This document shows positions 37,046 through 52,200 of a stretch of DNA of 64,000 bases, piece after piece; positions within the stretch are counted from its first letter, which is position 1, and each line of letters begins with the position of its first letter. The stretch spans positions 34,596,001-34,660,000 of the forward strand of contig OZ365113.1 in the NCBI GenBank assembly GCA_977030845.1, in the 5' to 3' direction. Source of the stretch: Fimbriosthenelais zetlandica (lineage: Eukaryota). The position numbers were made by a program, and so were the translations under genes. The notes under the pieces are model-generated. The model was not told the origin of the DNA, made no database searches, and worked only from the letters and a program-made list of their open reading frames with translations.

Positions 37046-38700
37046 CAGAGGACTGACGGCATGGTGTCCAAAGATTGGTCTGATGGCTGAGAGAGCTCCA
37101 CCACTTGTATAGGCTATAGGAACGATAGTCCAATGTTAACTCTATGGGAGTCCGCACCCACACTTCCCGCCCAAACCCGGCCGTAATCGCTACTGCTAAC
37201 CGGCATTAGTGCTTTGTTTATGACTTCAATCGACTGCCCATAGAGCAAAAATTATTTTGCCCCCCCGTACCCCTCCCAGGCCCCCAACCTTCACCCCGAG
37301 CCCCATGTCCACCCCAGACACCCATCCAAACCTGCCCCAAAAATTTCAGCGCTAAGCGTTATCGTTAACATGTCTAAATCCGGCGAATTCATCAAAAGTG
37401 TCCCGTCCATAGGCTCAATGTTAAAAATCACTCACGATTACATGGATGTGTGCTACTGAGCCGGTTTGTCAGTCCACTCCAATCGGTCTTTTACTTACTT
37501 CCACTTAATCTGTATTATTTTCACTCAAGACTACGGCTATTTCATAAGTATAACGCCTCCTAACATATATCACAAGAACAGAGAAGAAAAACGAGTAAAA
37601 CACCGATTTCCGATAAAGTTGACAAATCGGCCTCGCGTATACCGGCCTATAATTTGGCCTTTTAAAAACCTTAACAGCGCCCTCTCACTAAAAGTCGAAA
37701 ATGTTGAATAACTTTGTAAATAATGGGTCTAAAATTACAATTCAAACGGATTATTTTTAGTTGAGAGACCCTCCAGAAGTCTATGTGGTTTTCGTCCCAA
37801 TAAAATCAATTTAAAATTTCGGATTTCCAAAATGTACTGAATTTCTTCAATTAGCATTGGAGTGAATGGAAGGAGGAACCCGAGCGCCTGTGGCGACCCG
37901 AGATGCCCTAGCGGCGAAAACTTGAACTACTATACCCAAGCCAGCACAGCCTGAATGAGAGAGTGGAGTGACAAGCCTCGCTTTCCAGCCGGGAGTGACT
38001 TGGGGCCCGAGCTTAGCAGCGGCAAACGGAAATGTTAGGAGATGCTTTTTGAATGAATAAAATTGATTTAAAACTTAAGATGGTTAAAATGTGCGTTTTG
38101 TGCGAGTTCCAAAGTTTTCGGGGGTTGGCAAGGTTTTAAAGCACCTTCTCATGGGTGGACACCTAGCTAGTAGTAATAGGCTTTAGGGCTGGGTGGAGTA
38201 TCTGTCCCGGTGAGGCTAGACCATGCTGGGAGGCGAGGCTTGTTTACAGGCTAGCGGACACGATACCTCCACCCACCACCTGAGGGCGCCACTGTGCCGA
38301 TAATTTAGCTTATACCAGTCATGGCCTGACTTCGCACTCATGAGATTGGGAACCTTGAAAAATGCATCATTTTCGAAAATCGAAAATTTTAGAAGCAGTT
38401 ACCACCTTTATCATCTACACCACCCGTTAGACAATTTCCCAACTAAGATTTTTCATTTTAAATTTTGAAAAAAGACATAGTGGTTGCGGAGATATTAAAG
38501 ATTTTCGAAATCAGAGTCGTGACACAGATTGTTCACGTCCTTGTCCGACGGAAAATGACACCCTCCTCTATTTCATGTTTAGCTTGATTCCAGTCGTGAG
38601 AGGCGGAAGTGGGTGCCTCGGTAGGATTATGGGTAGGTCTACCTGGATGTGCAATGAAGCATTTGTACTGACCTGAGAGGTTGGGAGATTAGCCTATGTA

Positions 38701-38771
38701 AGCCAAGTGGTCTAGAGGTAGAAGTCTCGCCTCGACCGCGAGAGACCGGGGTTCGATTCCCTGTCTGGCCA
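38701..38771 (+). pseudogene. tRNA-like sequence (tRNA pseudogene or head of a tRNA-derived SINE)
   Basis: A-box TGGTCTAGAGG, B-box GGTTCGATTCC, anticodon stem CTCGC/GCGAG with loop CTCGACC, T-arm CGGGG/CCCTG. The acceptor stem AGCCAAG/TCTGGCC has two mismatches. Confidence 0.65.
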
Positions 38772-40293
38772 ACCCCTGCTCTCTGGGTTCTAATCTTGAC
38801 AACTTTATTATTTTTAGGAAAGATGACACTCTGATGCCATATGATGTTAAGTTCAATATCCAATGGCTATTTCTTTTTCTATTGCCTTGAGTTATTTCCA
38901 TCGCAAATTTTGCATTTAATCCACCAACTAATTACATTACGGGGTGAACTAGAATGGCTATATACATGTAATAAGAATGAATAATCCCAACTACCATTAA
39001 TTTTCAGCTCATTTATTCTTCCATTTGTTCATTACACTATAACTTTGTTAAATTAAAATATCAAACACGGTATTAAATCAAAATTCTTGAATATCAAAAA
39101 TCGTTTTAATAAGTCTCAAACAAAGTCTTTCACAATTATAGGCCCTACATAACTTCCTATTCAAATCACAGATATTATGAAATCATACTAAAAGGTTCCC
39201 CAGTCGCTTATCTAGGTCAAGGGATCAAGGCGAATGACAGATGAATTCGCCATGAGTAAATGTTGAATATGAGTGCATAAAAATATTTGACGCCATTTAG
39301 GGTTCAGAACCAAACCGACCATGATTGTATTATAGAGGTGACAGGTCCAGCCAGTCCAGGTCAGGTATTCAAGTGAAAGGCAAGGTCGGGCAGAATGCTT
39401 GAGAAACACGTATCATACAACTCGGTATTCGGGCAAATTTAGTCAGGTACAATTTTACTAATGTGACATATGATCTAAATGTATGTTTGTCTTACCATGG
39501 TTAAACTGGTTAAAGTGTTATAAGTGTTAATCTGTAAATGTCAGAATATATTATATATTTTCTTATGTAACATTATATAACTCAGGTCCTACCTTTCTTT
39601 CTGTGCTGTATGGCCTTTTTGAGAATAGACTCTTCCACACATAAGGGGTGTTATAGGTTAGTGCTATATACTTTCAACATTGTACACTACACTACTATTC
39701 TTAGAATCCCCCCTTTTTAGCTATATTAGACCATGCAACCACTGAAGCATAACAGTTAATATATATACACCAAACTCAACGTATAACAGCAGAGCCTAGG
39801 AAACTCTCAACCAAGAACCAGCTCCACATTGGTACTGCTAGCCTGACTTCCATGGACATCACCTCACCACCGCTTTCTTGATTTTGGTAATGTTCACTTT
39901 AAATTTGACCTTTTGACCAATGCCTCATATATTTTGTAACAAATGTCTTTTCTATTGTTTCTGGGAAGAAAGATTTAAACATCATTTGTTGTCTGTTGTC
40001 TTTGACCCGTAACACTAATGTTGGCTAGAAAGTTTACTAGGATTACTAAGTTTGAGGAAAGGTTGGGGGGAACTTTTTCATGAATAAATATCACATTTTT
40101 ATGAATAAATATGAAAGACAAAAACGAATGGTCTGTTACTGTTAGCCGAGTCTGTTAGTAACTAATGCTCCTTGAAAATCCTGGTTTTGGGAGCATTACC
40201 TATCAATGGAATGAATGGAATGAATTAACCTTATACATAATAACATGTACGAATCGATATAATACTATACATTGCTGTAATTAATCATTGAAT

Positions 40294-43200
40294 TTACATA
40301 ATAAGGCATGCACGGCTGCCTTTCTGTTCTTTCCCCTTAGACTTGACTTCTCCATTAGATTTGGCGGCTGCTTTCTGGCCTGTATATTCCTGAAAAAATT
40401 AAAGGTACATATTTAAATCAAAATTTATAAATACTGACTTTATTAAATAGTAATATTAAAATTATCCTGAGATTAAGAACTCGAACCTATTCATTTATAT
40501 ATTACACAGTGCTCAGTGATGGAAAGTTATTTCCTAGAAAGATACAAATACGTGTGAAACATAATTGTATAGGTACTGGAATGTAATTATATTATTTACA
40601 GTTTATAATAATCATAATTATTGAGGTTAGTTGAGTAGAAAGTGCACCACACAAGACATGCATGTGAATAATCTAGAAATGTGCAAGATGTGAGAGAGTT
40701 TTAGTAAGTTAGTAGATTCATGCAATATACATGTAACTTATGAATAATAAAGCTTGTATATTTACAGTGAAACTCTTAGAGCCTATATATACATCCATAT
40801 TGACATAATTCTACCTAAAATAACTGTCTTAATGTTTCCATTTTCTATGTGTATTGCTTTAAAGAATTCTGATATAAGATTTCAAATGTGTTGAAGTCAT
40901 TGTCCCTTAGTCTAAAACTGAGTTGTGAGATACGTCCATTAAGCAGTTTAATTATGACAGTTTCCTCGCTTGCTATTGTGTCTGTGATGCAAGATAAAAA
41001 CTTCAATTCACAATAAATACGAACTAGGATCTACTAGGCCAAGATTTAGCCATCATAATAATACATCTAAATAAACCAAAACATTATTTTGCGAAGTAGC
41101 TATGGTGTGTGAGAGGACAGCTTGGCTTTTCTGAATGCATAAAATGTCGGCAAAGCAAATATATTATATAGGTCAAACTAATTCATTATTAATTTTTCTT
41201 TTTTAACCCATGGAGGGTTTACTGGAATTGTAGGTCAAGGGTCAGGGCCATTGAGGTGAGGACCGGACCCTTGATAAATATTGTCAAAATCAAAATATTC
41301 TTTTAATATTTTAGAGTAACGTTCTAAAGGAAACATCTGTAAAAGAATGGATCCAATTTTATTTCATGAGCAAATTGCGAACTGATATATGCTTTACCAT
41401 TGGGACAGCGCGTATAGCCTACGCTTAAATCATAAAATGCAAAACTGAATGCCAAAGCAAAACTTAAATTGTGCTTCACCTTCTAAATATACCTATATTC
41501 ACTCCGGGGATTTCTCAACCCGTATAAAGCCATTTAATGCAATGAATCAAGCATGTATTATATCATTGCCATCACTGATTGAATTCATAACATCTTTTAA
41601 AAAGTCTTTCGACCACGTGCTGCATGCTGGTGGTTCCAAGCAATACTTGTGAAATATCTCACATGAATAATGTCATCAGAATAGAATTTCCTTAAATCGT
41701 CCAGGCCTACTAAGCCACCATTTTTCTCAGCTTCATATGCTACATCGATTTCTTCTTCTCCAAAGGCAAACACACTGACTATGTCATCAGAACTTTTGTC
41801 CTTCTTTTCATCCTGCTCCTGTTGCTAGGGGAAAGGTTAGTGAAATATAGGAGTGAGTTATGGGCTCGTTTAAATATGCTTTCTTTGAATACCATGCAAG
41901 GGGATATCCAAATGACATAATGCTGGAATGAAGTGCGTATAAATATGATTCTTTCGCTAGCCATTTTCAATTTCTATAGTCCATATAAAAATGAACACAT
42001 CATATTAATGGACCCGAGGATATGAGGGAAAGAATAGGGAACTGTTATCTTCTCTGTAGTTTTGAAATAAATATCCATGTGTAAATAGGTTGCCTCACTG
42101 ACTGGTATTTCTTGAGATGGGAGATCTTATAGCTTATCAGAACCAAACAAGCAAATATAAAAACTCATCACAAAATATTAGTTCCAATTATGACAACTTC
42201 TTATGAAAACTATTCGTCTCAACTTTATGACTAAAATGACTTATGTCGTGGGTTATATCCTATCACAAAACTGTCTCCTGTAAATGTGGCGGGACTTAAT
42301 TTACCGTAATTTGTCTCAAAATATGTCCTTGTACTAGGTATCAGTTTTGGTATTGAAAGTGGGATTGAAGGGAGAATTCAGTCCGGAAGATTGGTTACAT
42401 TGTATTTATGATTGAAGTGTCGTAATGGGAATGATCTGTATGCGCAGAATGGGATGTGGACTTTGTGTAATTATCTTAATAACAATTGGGTCATGCAGGG
42501 GTAGAGTTAGTTCTTACAGGGTTAGTTTCACCCATAGGCCTTTGTGGCCATGACCCCAATGGTGTCAGTAGCCTAGGATTTGGGCCAACTGATTCCCCCA
42601 CCTGCGATCGAAGCAATTTGTGACCCTGCAGCACCTAGAAGAAAAATGTCCCTGAAAATCTTATTTCCTTATTATACTATTGTGTGCTCACTTTAAGCAT
42701 ACAGATCTTTCCTGAAAATAATGCGACAAGTTTCTGGCATAAGGCCTAATAACATAGGGGTGTGACTAAGTTTTATCTTTCCCGGTCTGAAGAGCAAGTG
42801 ACCAAGTTAACGCTGTTCTATGACGTCACTTCCGGTTCAGTGACCTGTGATTACAGGCTGACGATATATAGGCCTAGGCCTACTTCAAAATAAAAATAAT
42901 GAAACGTAAAAGGAAATGGCCATCTACAATTCTATACATCCTAGTTGTGTTGGTTAGAAGTTTGTCAGGTATTTTTTCCTCTGCTAAACCTTTTTTTACC
43001 TTCAAATCAACTTCATCTTCGTCCTCAGTATCAATGTCAAGCATCAGGCTCTAGTGGTTATTGTTAGATAACAAAATAAGTATGGAAAATATTGATCAAT
43101 ATAATTTGTAGGATCCTTCCAGATTTGCTTAATTAATGAGTCATAAATAATTCACGCCTTATTAGAATGTCAATACTGAATTTCAGGCCGAGGAATATTA

Positions 43201-46200
43201 CGTACACAACCAAGACATCCCATGTATAAAAATGTATTACAAAGTTTCATTCACACGAAATAAATGATCCAAAATAACTAGTTTAGAATTCAAGAACCGG
43301 AATTTGTATAGAAAGAAATTGTCAAAAAGTATCCATCGGACAGAAATTCAGTTGAGGCATCCTAGTTGTCACATAATGATACAGTATGTCATGATAAAAT
43401 AATGATTAAATCTTGATGTGGTGAAAGATATTCCACCAAACTCCAAATAGTGAACAAAAACTGGTTTAGAATCACAACATTATTAAGTGAGGCTTGTTGA
43501 GACCAATGCATTTATAAGATATATTGCAAAATTGCTATTGTTCAAACTAGAATTTCCTGTTAGATTATATGCAAAATAGTTCATGATATATAATGATATA
43601 AATTAACTAATCTGCAGTACTCGCAGATATTAATTTTATTAGTCGGTCTCAACAAACCTCAGACTTTCTCTACACATATCTTAATGCTGATAAAATCGAG
43701 TCTTCATATTGACCAGCTTATCAATCATCCATATACATGTGTGCAGATTTTTCAGTATGACTTGTAAACACACATTACTATCGTATAAGTTCACAGGGGG
43801 ATTTATACACTACAAGGCCCTGCAAGTCTTTCTGCGGTCCTATTATTATATAGACAGGAGACGCGGATTTATTAAAGCACTTCTTCCAGTGCCTTAATTG
43901 GCGCCTTGCTAACGGGTCTTCCTTTTACTTTTGGTTTTGTGGCAAAAACATCTCACAGGTTGATCAGATTGGACAATTTTCCTATCTCCACAATGCTAAA
44001 AAGGTGACCGGAAGTGGTGCTTTCTGACTTGCAGGCCCTATGTAGTATGACATTCAGATGGGGAGTTTTCTTACGCTATTTTGGGAACCCTGTCCGAGCA
44101 TCCTGTTCATCTTTAGAAACTAATGAAATGAGAATATTATTTCATTATAAAGCATTATTTCTGGAGTCAATAGTTCATTCTGAACTTTCGATTCACATTT
44201 CACACCCATTTTGTGATGTTGTGATTCATTTACAAATAATTGTTGGTCTTACCTTGTTAAGAATCTGTACTCTTGTCTTGAGCTTGGTTCCTGAACTGTA
44301 TGCTACTGCACTAACCGCATTGTAGAACGGTTGGTATTGTTTATCCTGATCTGCCTTTGAATCCCACTGCTTACAAAGTTCCTGAAATTCACGAAGAAAT
44401 TTTCAAATGAGATTTTAGCAAATTAATAGAAGGAGGGAAATTTGTTTTACTGATCAGATATCTTTAGGAAGAATTGAGAAATTTCGACATACTCCTTTTC
44501 ACGATTCCTTTCCTTTATATGTATCAGAGGATAACAAAAGGAAATGTAACTCACCTGGAGTCTGGCTTCTTTGGCTAGGAGACGTTCATATCTCTTTGTC
44601 ATTAACACTAGTTCAGCTTTAACTTGTGGCGCTGACGCATCATTACTGTCAATAGTGAAACTTGTACTCTTTAGTCCTTGACCTGGCTTTTGCATCTGTT
44701 CCATTTGCCTCAATTCCTGAAAAAGAGTTTACCAGTCAATTACACAGCATTGGACCAACAGACAGGGGCAGACAGAGACATAACGGACAAAAATTAATAT
44801 TAAAAGATAACCGAAAAGATCATGGTCATCTTCGTTTATAAGTTAAAAAGAAACACGGTCATATTACGTCAATCCTAAGTAATTTCTACCATTTCAAAAA
44901 GGTGTAAATGTTTGTAACTCACCTTTGTGGTTAGTTTATTTAACTTGGGGTCAATGATATCCTCCTGTATGCCATAGATCTTTATTGTGATACATGAACT
45001 GTCAAAATAATCCAGTAGATCCTGATCCACTTTGTTAAATTTGAATACTTTAGAGAAGTTGAACTCTGGCGACAGAGTATCTCGGATGACAGGCGTCACT
45101 GTTTCATCCTTATCTTTGTACACCGTGTACTTACAATGAATACCTTTAGAGAAACGGGCTTTGTTGATTTCTGCGCTCCTTATTGTGACCTGAATGAAAG
45201 AAAGGCATATTTCATAAATCTCTATATTCATTTGGCGACACTAATTCCAGGGAATCTCTACTTGGAAATTCATTGGGGAAGTTTTTATATAAGTTTCTTG
45301 CTTCTAAGGACATCCATGGAGTTGTGGATTTTAAAGATGTTTGACTGTTGAATCATTCTTACCTTGAAAGCATAAGGCTTATTGAGTAACTCAGATGGGT
45401 CGTCCACAAAGGCATCCTCTGGTAGTGGTTTACCTTTGTCTGTCACGGGACTAACATTAAGGACTACTGTGCCTTCATCTTGGCCCTTATAATCCGTCAC
45501 TGCCAACTTATCATCAAAGTCCAGGGAATAGGATAAAGACTTGAAAAGAAAACAAAAGAAATATGATAGGAATATTGTTAAGGGGATATTAGTCTCTTAA
45601 ATTGCAACCTAATTTCTCTCTTATTACATGTTGCGTTACTGCGATATTCATGTATGAGCTAATGTTATGAAACAGCCCAGAAATATTTACCTGCAAAAAG
45701 ACATTGGCAGCCCCTATGAGCACATCCTCTGTTGGTTCCCAGAATGGGTCCTCTTCCTTCTTTATCTTAGACAGATCTTCTCCATCCAGGAATCGTTGGT
45801 ACAGTTCCTGCAACAATAATGATTATAATATAGTTTCATACCCATGTTGTCCAATACCTCCCCAGACAGGAGGAGACTGGGGTTACAGATGTCCAGTCAC
45901 CTGGTCTTGTAAATCAATGTGCAGCATTTGCTGCAAGAATGATCACTGGCAGGTACCCAATTTGTGTAAAAAGTCGTTAGAGTATCCAATAGATATTCAT
46001 GTCTTGCAATTCTTGCAAAGTTTTCTACCCGTATCCTCCAATGTCTCCCCACACAGGAAGGGTCTGGGGTTACAGATGTCAGTTACCTATATGGACTGGG
46101 ATAGATACGGGTCCGCAATCTGCTGAGGGAGATTGCGTCCGATTCTGGCAACATATTATTTTTGGGTAGCAATTGGTGCACTTGCAGTTGATGGTCTTGT

Positions 46201-49200
46201 ACGTGGTCTTTAACGTGCAAGAATCACTGCAAGAATCACAAGGCAATGATCCCTGGTATGCATCCAATTAATGTACCAGGTCATTTGAAATATCCACTAG
46301 ATATTCAGGACTTGCAATTCTTGCAAACTTACCTACACCTCCTCCAATGCCCCCCTACACAGGAGTGGGCTGGGGTTACTAATACCTGTGACTGGGGTGC
46401 ATGGGGCCACATTCTGTGGCAACATATCATTTTCGCTGTGACAGATCAGCGACAGTGGTACAATCTTTAGCCTACTATCTCAGTCTCATGTCCAGCTCTG
46501 GATAAGTAATTATCATACAGTGTATTATTCTCTTTTCTTACCTGCATGAGGTAGCGCCTGTTCATGAATTTTCCTCTTTCCCAGAGCCACGTATTTCCAT
46601 TCAACAGGTTCTTCATTTTGACCATGACCCTAATGAAAGGAACAAACGCATTTAGTGGACAAAGAAATCAGCAAATTAAAGAATGTATATCAATAGATAT
46701 TTTCTCGCAGAGGAAATTCATTCAGATGTTCCTTACTGTGTGCCACGCTCTCGTGAATTGCTGGGGTCCTGTGCCATAGTTGACAATAAGACCACCTCAA
46801 ATGTTCTCTGTTTGTCTAATTCTTCAGATACAGCATTCACTTCAGACACCATCGGCAGGATTTCCAGCACCTGTTCTTGTGCTATTTGTTGATCTGTTCG
46901 GGAAAAGATAACAATTTTTAAAATGTAAGAGCAATTCATAATTATTAATGGTCAATGCTAAGAAAGAGTGGAGAGATAGAATGCGGTAGGGTTCTAAATC
47001 TTTGCGTTTAAGTCCATATATCATGTACGTTTTATCATTTAATCCCCTCCTGTGCAAAAATGTGAGAGAAAAAGAAAAATAAGATTTATTAAGAAACTAA
47101 GTTATTAGGGTTACCTTTACTTAATCCAGCCCCTAATCCGGTGGCAAAACCTTTGGCCTGAGCTATTTCCTTCTGGGCCAGTTCCCACGTGACGTCCTCT
47201 GGTAGATTGGCCGGGTGCGCCTTGGTCGGATCCACAAAGACATACATGTGATTGGATCCTGGGAAAGAAAATATTAATTGAAACAAATAAAGTAATGAAT
47301 GGAAAGAATACAAGTGGGATGATTCTAGACTTAATTGATTATAATCATAAGCGATAATTTTATCCAATTTGTTAATTTCTTGTTTATGCCTTCGTAGTGT
47401 TTTGGCCTTTCGAGGTAAAGTTCATTATTAAGTGTAAGCGTTTCTGAAAATAACATAAAATTGCCAGCTTCCGCCTGCTCTGGTACAAATAAACGAGGGT
47501 TGGCTAGTGGTAATTATTAAGACTTACCAAACAGGACACGATCTTTGTTCTCTAGAGTTTGAGTGCCGGTCACCGGTGAGCCGTTCACCTTGATTTTGGC
47601 TCCTGTAGACGCGGGCTTGATCTCAAACTGATCTCCACTTCTAGAGATCTCAGCATGCTTCTTAACAATACTGCAAGAACATATAACAATAATGAAATGA
47701 AAATGAAATATACTTTTACGTGGAAGACTTTTAGTAGGGATGGATTGTAAATCTAAACATATTTCTAACTGTTCCACCGACTTTGTTTGGCCACATTTTT
47801 TTCTTTCTTCCTCTTTTTTTTTAAAGTGGGGTTCGACTGAACGCACCTGGATTCTAAAGCAAAATTCACACCCTACTTTTAGAATTTTAAAACGACAAGA
47901 CGTACCTAAGGCCACTCAAACAGACATTAGGTTGAGGGTCGGCATCTTTACGACCTATCGTTGTGGTGTCATTCTTGAGTAGATGGAATACCACACCAGA
48001 CAACATGGGATCTTCATTTAAGTTTAACAAGTGAGGTGTACTAGTCTTCTCCATTCTTGTGTCTGGTGCTATGTCGTCCGTTTCTTTACGAGAAGCTTCA
48101 AGCTGAAATTGTAGTCAAGCATTTGTTATGGTTGTGCTTGATATAATTCTGGTGTACTTGTTTTGGTAGCATACCGCTAAGTTATATGAAATATAATTTT
48201 TCAGACATTTTTTTTCATGTTAATTAAGTGTGTTGTACCTCCTTGTAAAGTAGGTAAATACAAAAATATATAAGTCCTAATAAATAAGTTATGAGAGAAT
48301 AAAACAGGGGTTTAAAAGATAATGTTAATGTGTATGTAAGCTATAGTCTTGTCGTCTAAATGATGTATGATAAACTGTATTACCCTAGATTCCCAGCTCC
48401 CCATCATTTCCTGGTTGGCCAATAGTTGTGCTCGGATTTCCTCCTCCATATCCTTCCTCATTTTGTCCATGTCTATCAGAAATCAGGGACAGAATAACAT
48501 ATTATAATAAATCAGGTCTTGGTGTTATTTGTGTTAAATATTAATTCATACCAGTTATTATTAAATATAGACCTGCAAAATTTGATATTTATTACTTAAA
48601 TAATATACACATGAATGTTGTAATCAAAGTAGGCCTAATCATATTACATGTACCAAACTGATTCTATTTGTTTGAAAATTGTTGACAAATTGTCACAGTC
48701 AAAGTTATAGGGCAAGGCGTCAGATTGCAAAAACAAGTGGAAGCATAGATATCATAAAAGCACTGCCCTATGTGTACATGTAGCCTATGGAGTTCATTTC
48801 ATTAAGTCAGAGCAGCAAAATATTGTGCATTTTGACTATGAGCAGCTAGGACAGGGTTTGGCAAATCCATTATAATTAATTAGGCTTATAATTATTCTTG
48901 AAACGTGCAACTATATGGTAGCAAAAAGTATTACACTTTAAATGCATTTGAAATGAACTATTGAGCGTACAAACTATATTGTTAACATCGACTATCCTTT
49001 GTCACAGTCAGACAGAAACTCCATGTATACCATTGATTTTCTCAGTCCAATACATTCATTATAATGGTTTACTGTGTATTAACAAGAACTATGTACGTGT
49101 ATCTAAGTGCATGCATTTAACTGTTCAATCCTTACCCTTTCCTGAGACTACAAAAAAGGAGTATAGGAAGAAAATTGTGAATAAAAATCATAGGACAATA

Positions 49201-52200
49201 TATTTTAAGGAAATATTCCGTAGTTTCTATTAGAAACCATGTATTTAAAATGGATATTTCCAATAATCTCTATTTTAAAATGGATATTTCCTGCACATTA
49301 TCTTACAATTTAACTTATAGATGATTGCATTTAATATAGTAAAGATGTCTACCTTCTTTACTGAGCCCCGCCGTGCCAGGGGCGACTCCTCCCTCCATCA
49401 TCTTCTTTAGTCTCTCATTTTCTTCCTGAAATTCGAGTGTTGCAAACATGACATCGGATTCAAGAAATACTGGGGATGCAAAGGGTCATTCAATGGTAAT
49501 TAATGTTTTTCTACAGACTTATATCTGACTCACAAAATACTTAGCAACGAGGTTATTTTACTCTCGTTGGCATTAGTAGGAATATTTTAATAATGATGAA
49601 AAGATATTTCATGGAAAACAAAGCTCAAAAGATGAAAGTTTAACATGTAATTTATATCTTACCCTCAGTTCCCTGACGAGTTTGTCCATAGGGTTTTCAT
49701 TGACAACAGCGTTGTTTTTAATTTTCTTGGCTCTATCAGCATAACGCAGTGTGGAGAGGGTCTCATCATAGTTTATATCAGCTGGCGATAGAGCAGCTAT
49801 CATCACTGTCTTACTGGAAACAGAAAAAGATTTCAGCATGTTAGCCTCAAGAAATGACTGGAGGAGCTTAATTAATTTGGTATTCTAACGCTGCTTGTGC
49901 CGCCATTGGTTGATAAGCAAGCTTTCCGAGTGAAATCCAGCTCAAGCTTGATCTGTGTACATTATGTAAATTATGCAATGTTATTCCTTTTTTTAATAAT
50001 AATATATAATGCATGCATACCTGTTGCCACCAAGAGCATTCTGAAGCAGTTTTGTGAGTACAGAATCTCGATAAGGAACCATAACCTTCTTCCCCATCGA
50101 TTGATCTGCCAGAGCCTGAAATAATGGTGAAATACATGTATGAATATAGGAAAATAACTTTACAGTTAGTGTTGTAGATCCGTATATTATATATAGTTAT
50201 TTCTTCTTACATAATGTTTTGAAGCATATCAAAATTGTAATTAGTTAGGTATTAAAACAAATAATTCAAATGTGGTATTATGATTTGTAATGGTAAGCGA
50301 TGCAACGTACAGAAATGACATTGCCTAGAGAGGACAGTGATTTGTTGATGTTTGCTCCCTCCTTCAGTCTGTCACCTGTTGCCCCAGTACTGTCAGCTCT
50401 CTCTGAGCCAGCCAAGTCCACCAGATTAATAACACTGCTCTTCTTGGTCTCCTTCCCATCCTGTTTGATGATTTGATCAAAGGTAATGGTGACCACTGTG
50501 TGGGCTCGACTGCTGGTGGCATTCATGTTGGTAGAAGCCACAGTACGGTTAGCAGTTCCTGAAAAATGAAAACCAGAATGAAATTAAAATAGAAAAAACG
50601 CCAATTATATGTGTATAACAGATGCCAAAAGTACAATATTTGGTACATTGCTAAGATGAACCAAAGGGTTCGGGTTCGAATTTGGCAAATGCGAATGGAA
50701 CTTCAATATTTGCAAGCAAGGTGTGAAAAGGGTTTCAAAGGGTTACATACCTTGGTCCGTTCTCTTCTCTATCTCCTTGTAGCTACCTACTGGCACCTTT
50801 TTCAGACCAGGCACATAGAATAGGCCTAGCTTAGGATTCTGACGTACAGGTAAACCTCCCTTTGGGTTTTCTTTGGATAAAAGATCCCTAACCTGTTCGT
50901 TATAGATCTCCATCATGGAAAACGTGACCTCATACCTCTGAAATTGAAATCAGATCATATTGGTTATGATACTCTGGAATCTAAAGGGATAACGCTGACA
51001 CAGTATTCTTATTACAAATATGGCTTCAGGTTCTGAGATATTTTCATTTTGAAATTGCGTTTGCAACATTCAAAAAGCCGTGGTGTAGATAGGAATGGTG
51101 TCCAGGAAGAGGATTTTGGCAGCCATTTTAGAGGAATCATGCCTGGGAAGAAACCTGAAATGTGCTCTTGTGGAAGCAGGAACAAAGATAGAAAACCAAG
51201 AAGAAAGATTAATGTGCTTCATGACCAATGATAGAGTTGTCCTCAATTCTGTGAACCAGTGTACAAGTGCATCGATGAAAGTAGGCCTAATTTGTTCACA
51301 CTGAATCGCTCGAAAGACTATGGATTTTGTATAAAATCAGATCAAGTTATACAAATTGTCGCATGTGGAACCAAACACCAAGATGGCACCCTAATTGGCA
51401 GGCAATCCATCTGATAACATGCAAATTGCCAAATAGAACAAATTTCAATAATGTAAAATCTCTCTGAGCAATGTGTGAGGACCTATATAGCCTATATACA
51501 TTGGGTCGGCTGGCCTTGTGGTGGCTTGAGGTCGTCTTTCGTTCAGAACTTTTCATAGCTTGAGGCTCAGGCCAAAACTCAAGTCCTGCACCACATCAAA
51601 ATTCTTAATATTCCCTGCAACTGGCCTCAAGTCCCTTGATCGCAAAGCCAATCCCAAGACTAGCCGCACTCTAATGGAAATAGGCTATTATGGATCTCCT
51701 CGATTTGGATCAACTTTTAATCCCTACCTTTGTCTTTTTTTTCTTCTTCGGGTTCTTTGTAAGCTAGCGTTAATACTGCACAGTTAATACATAATGTAGA
51801 CCTGCATGGTTCATAAAGTTTTACAAGTACGGTACCTAATGTATTATCTATAATCCTCGTCAATCTTACATCAGTTATAAATATTTTCACATCAATTAAC
51901 AAACTGAAGACTCACCTGTGTGTCGCCTTTATTGGAGTCCATGGCTTTGAACAACTCGTCACATGTGATTGGCACAATACCCCTGGAAAATAGTATATAG
52001 TAATTGTAACGTTAGGGGGAAAAATATTTTTCTTTCTGATACTAAAATAATACCTCCTAACATTTGTGGTAACCTGACTGTTTAAACTTTACTGTTAAAT
52101 GTTCAAAACTGCAAGACAGACACTTATTATTCAATTCTATTAGAAATTTGTAGACAATGGGAACTTTCAAAGATTATGATAAAATCAAGTTTGAAAATCA

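Noticed and set aside
38701-38771. Functional tRNA-Ser(CGA)
   Set aside because: Mismatched acceptor stem, no long variable arm, pyrimidine at position 37, and no T-run terminator directly after it.
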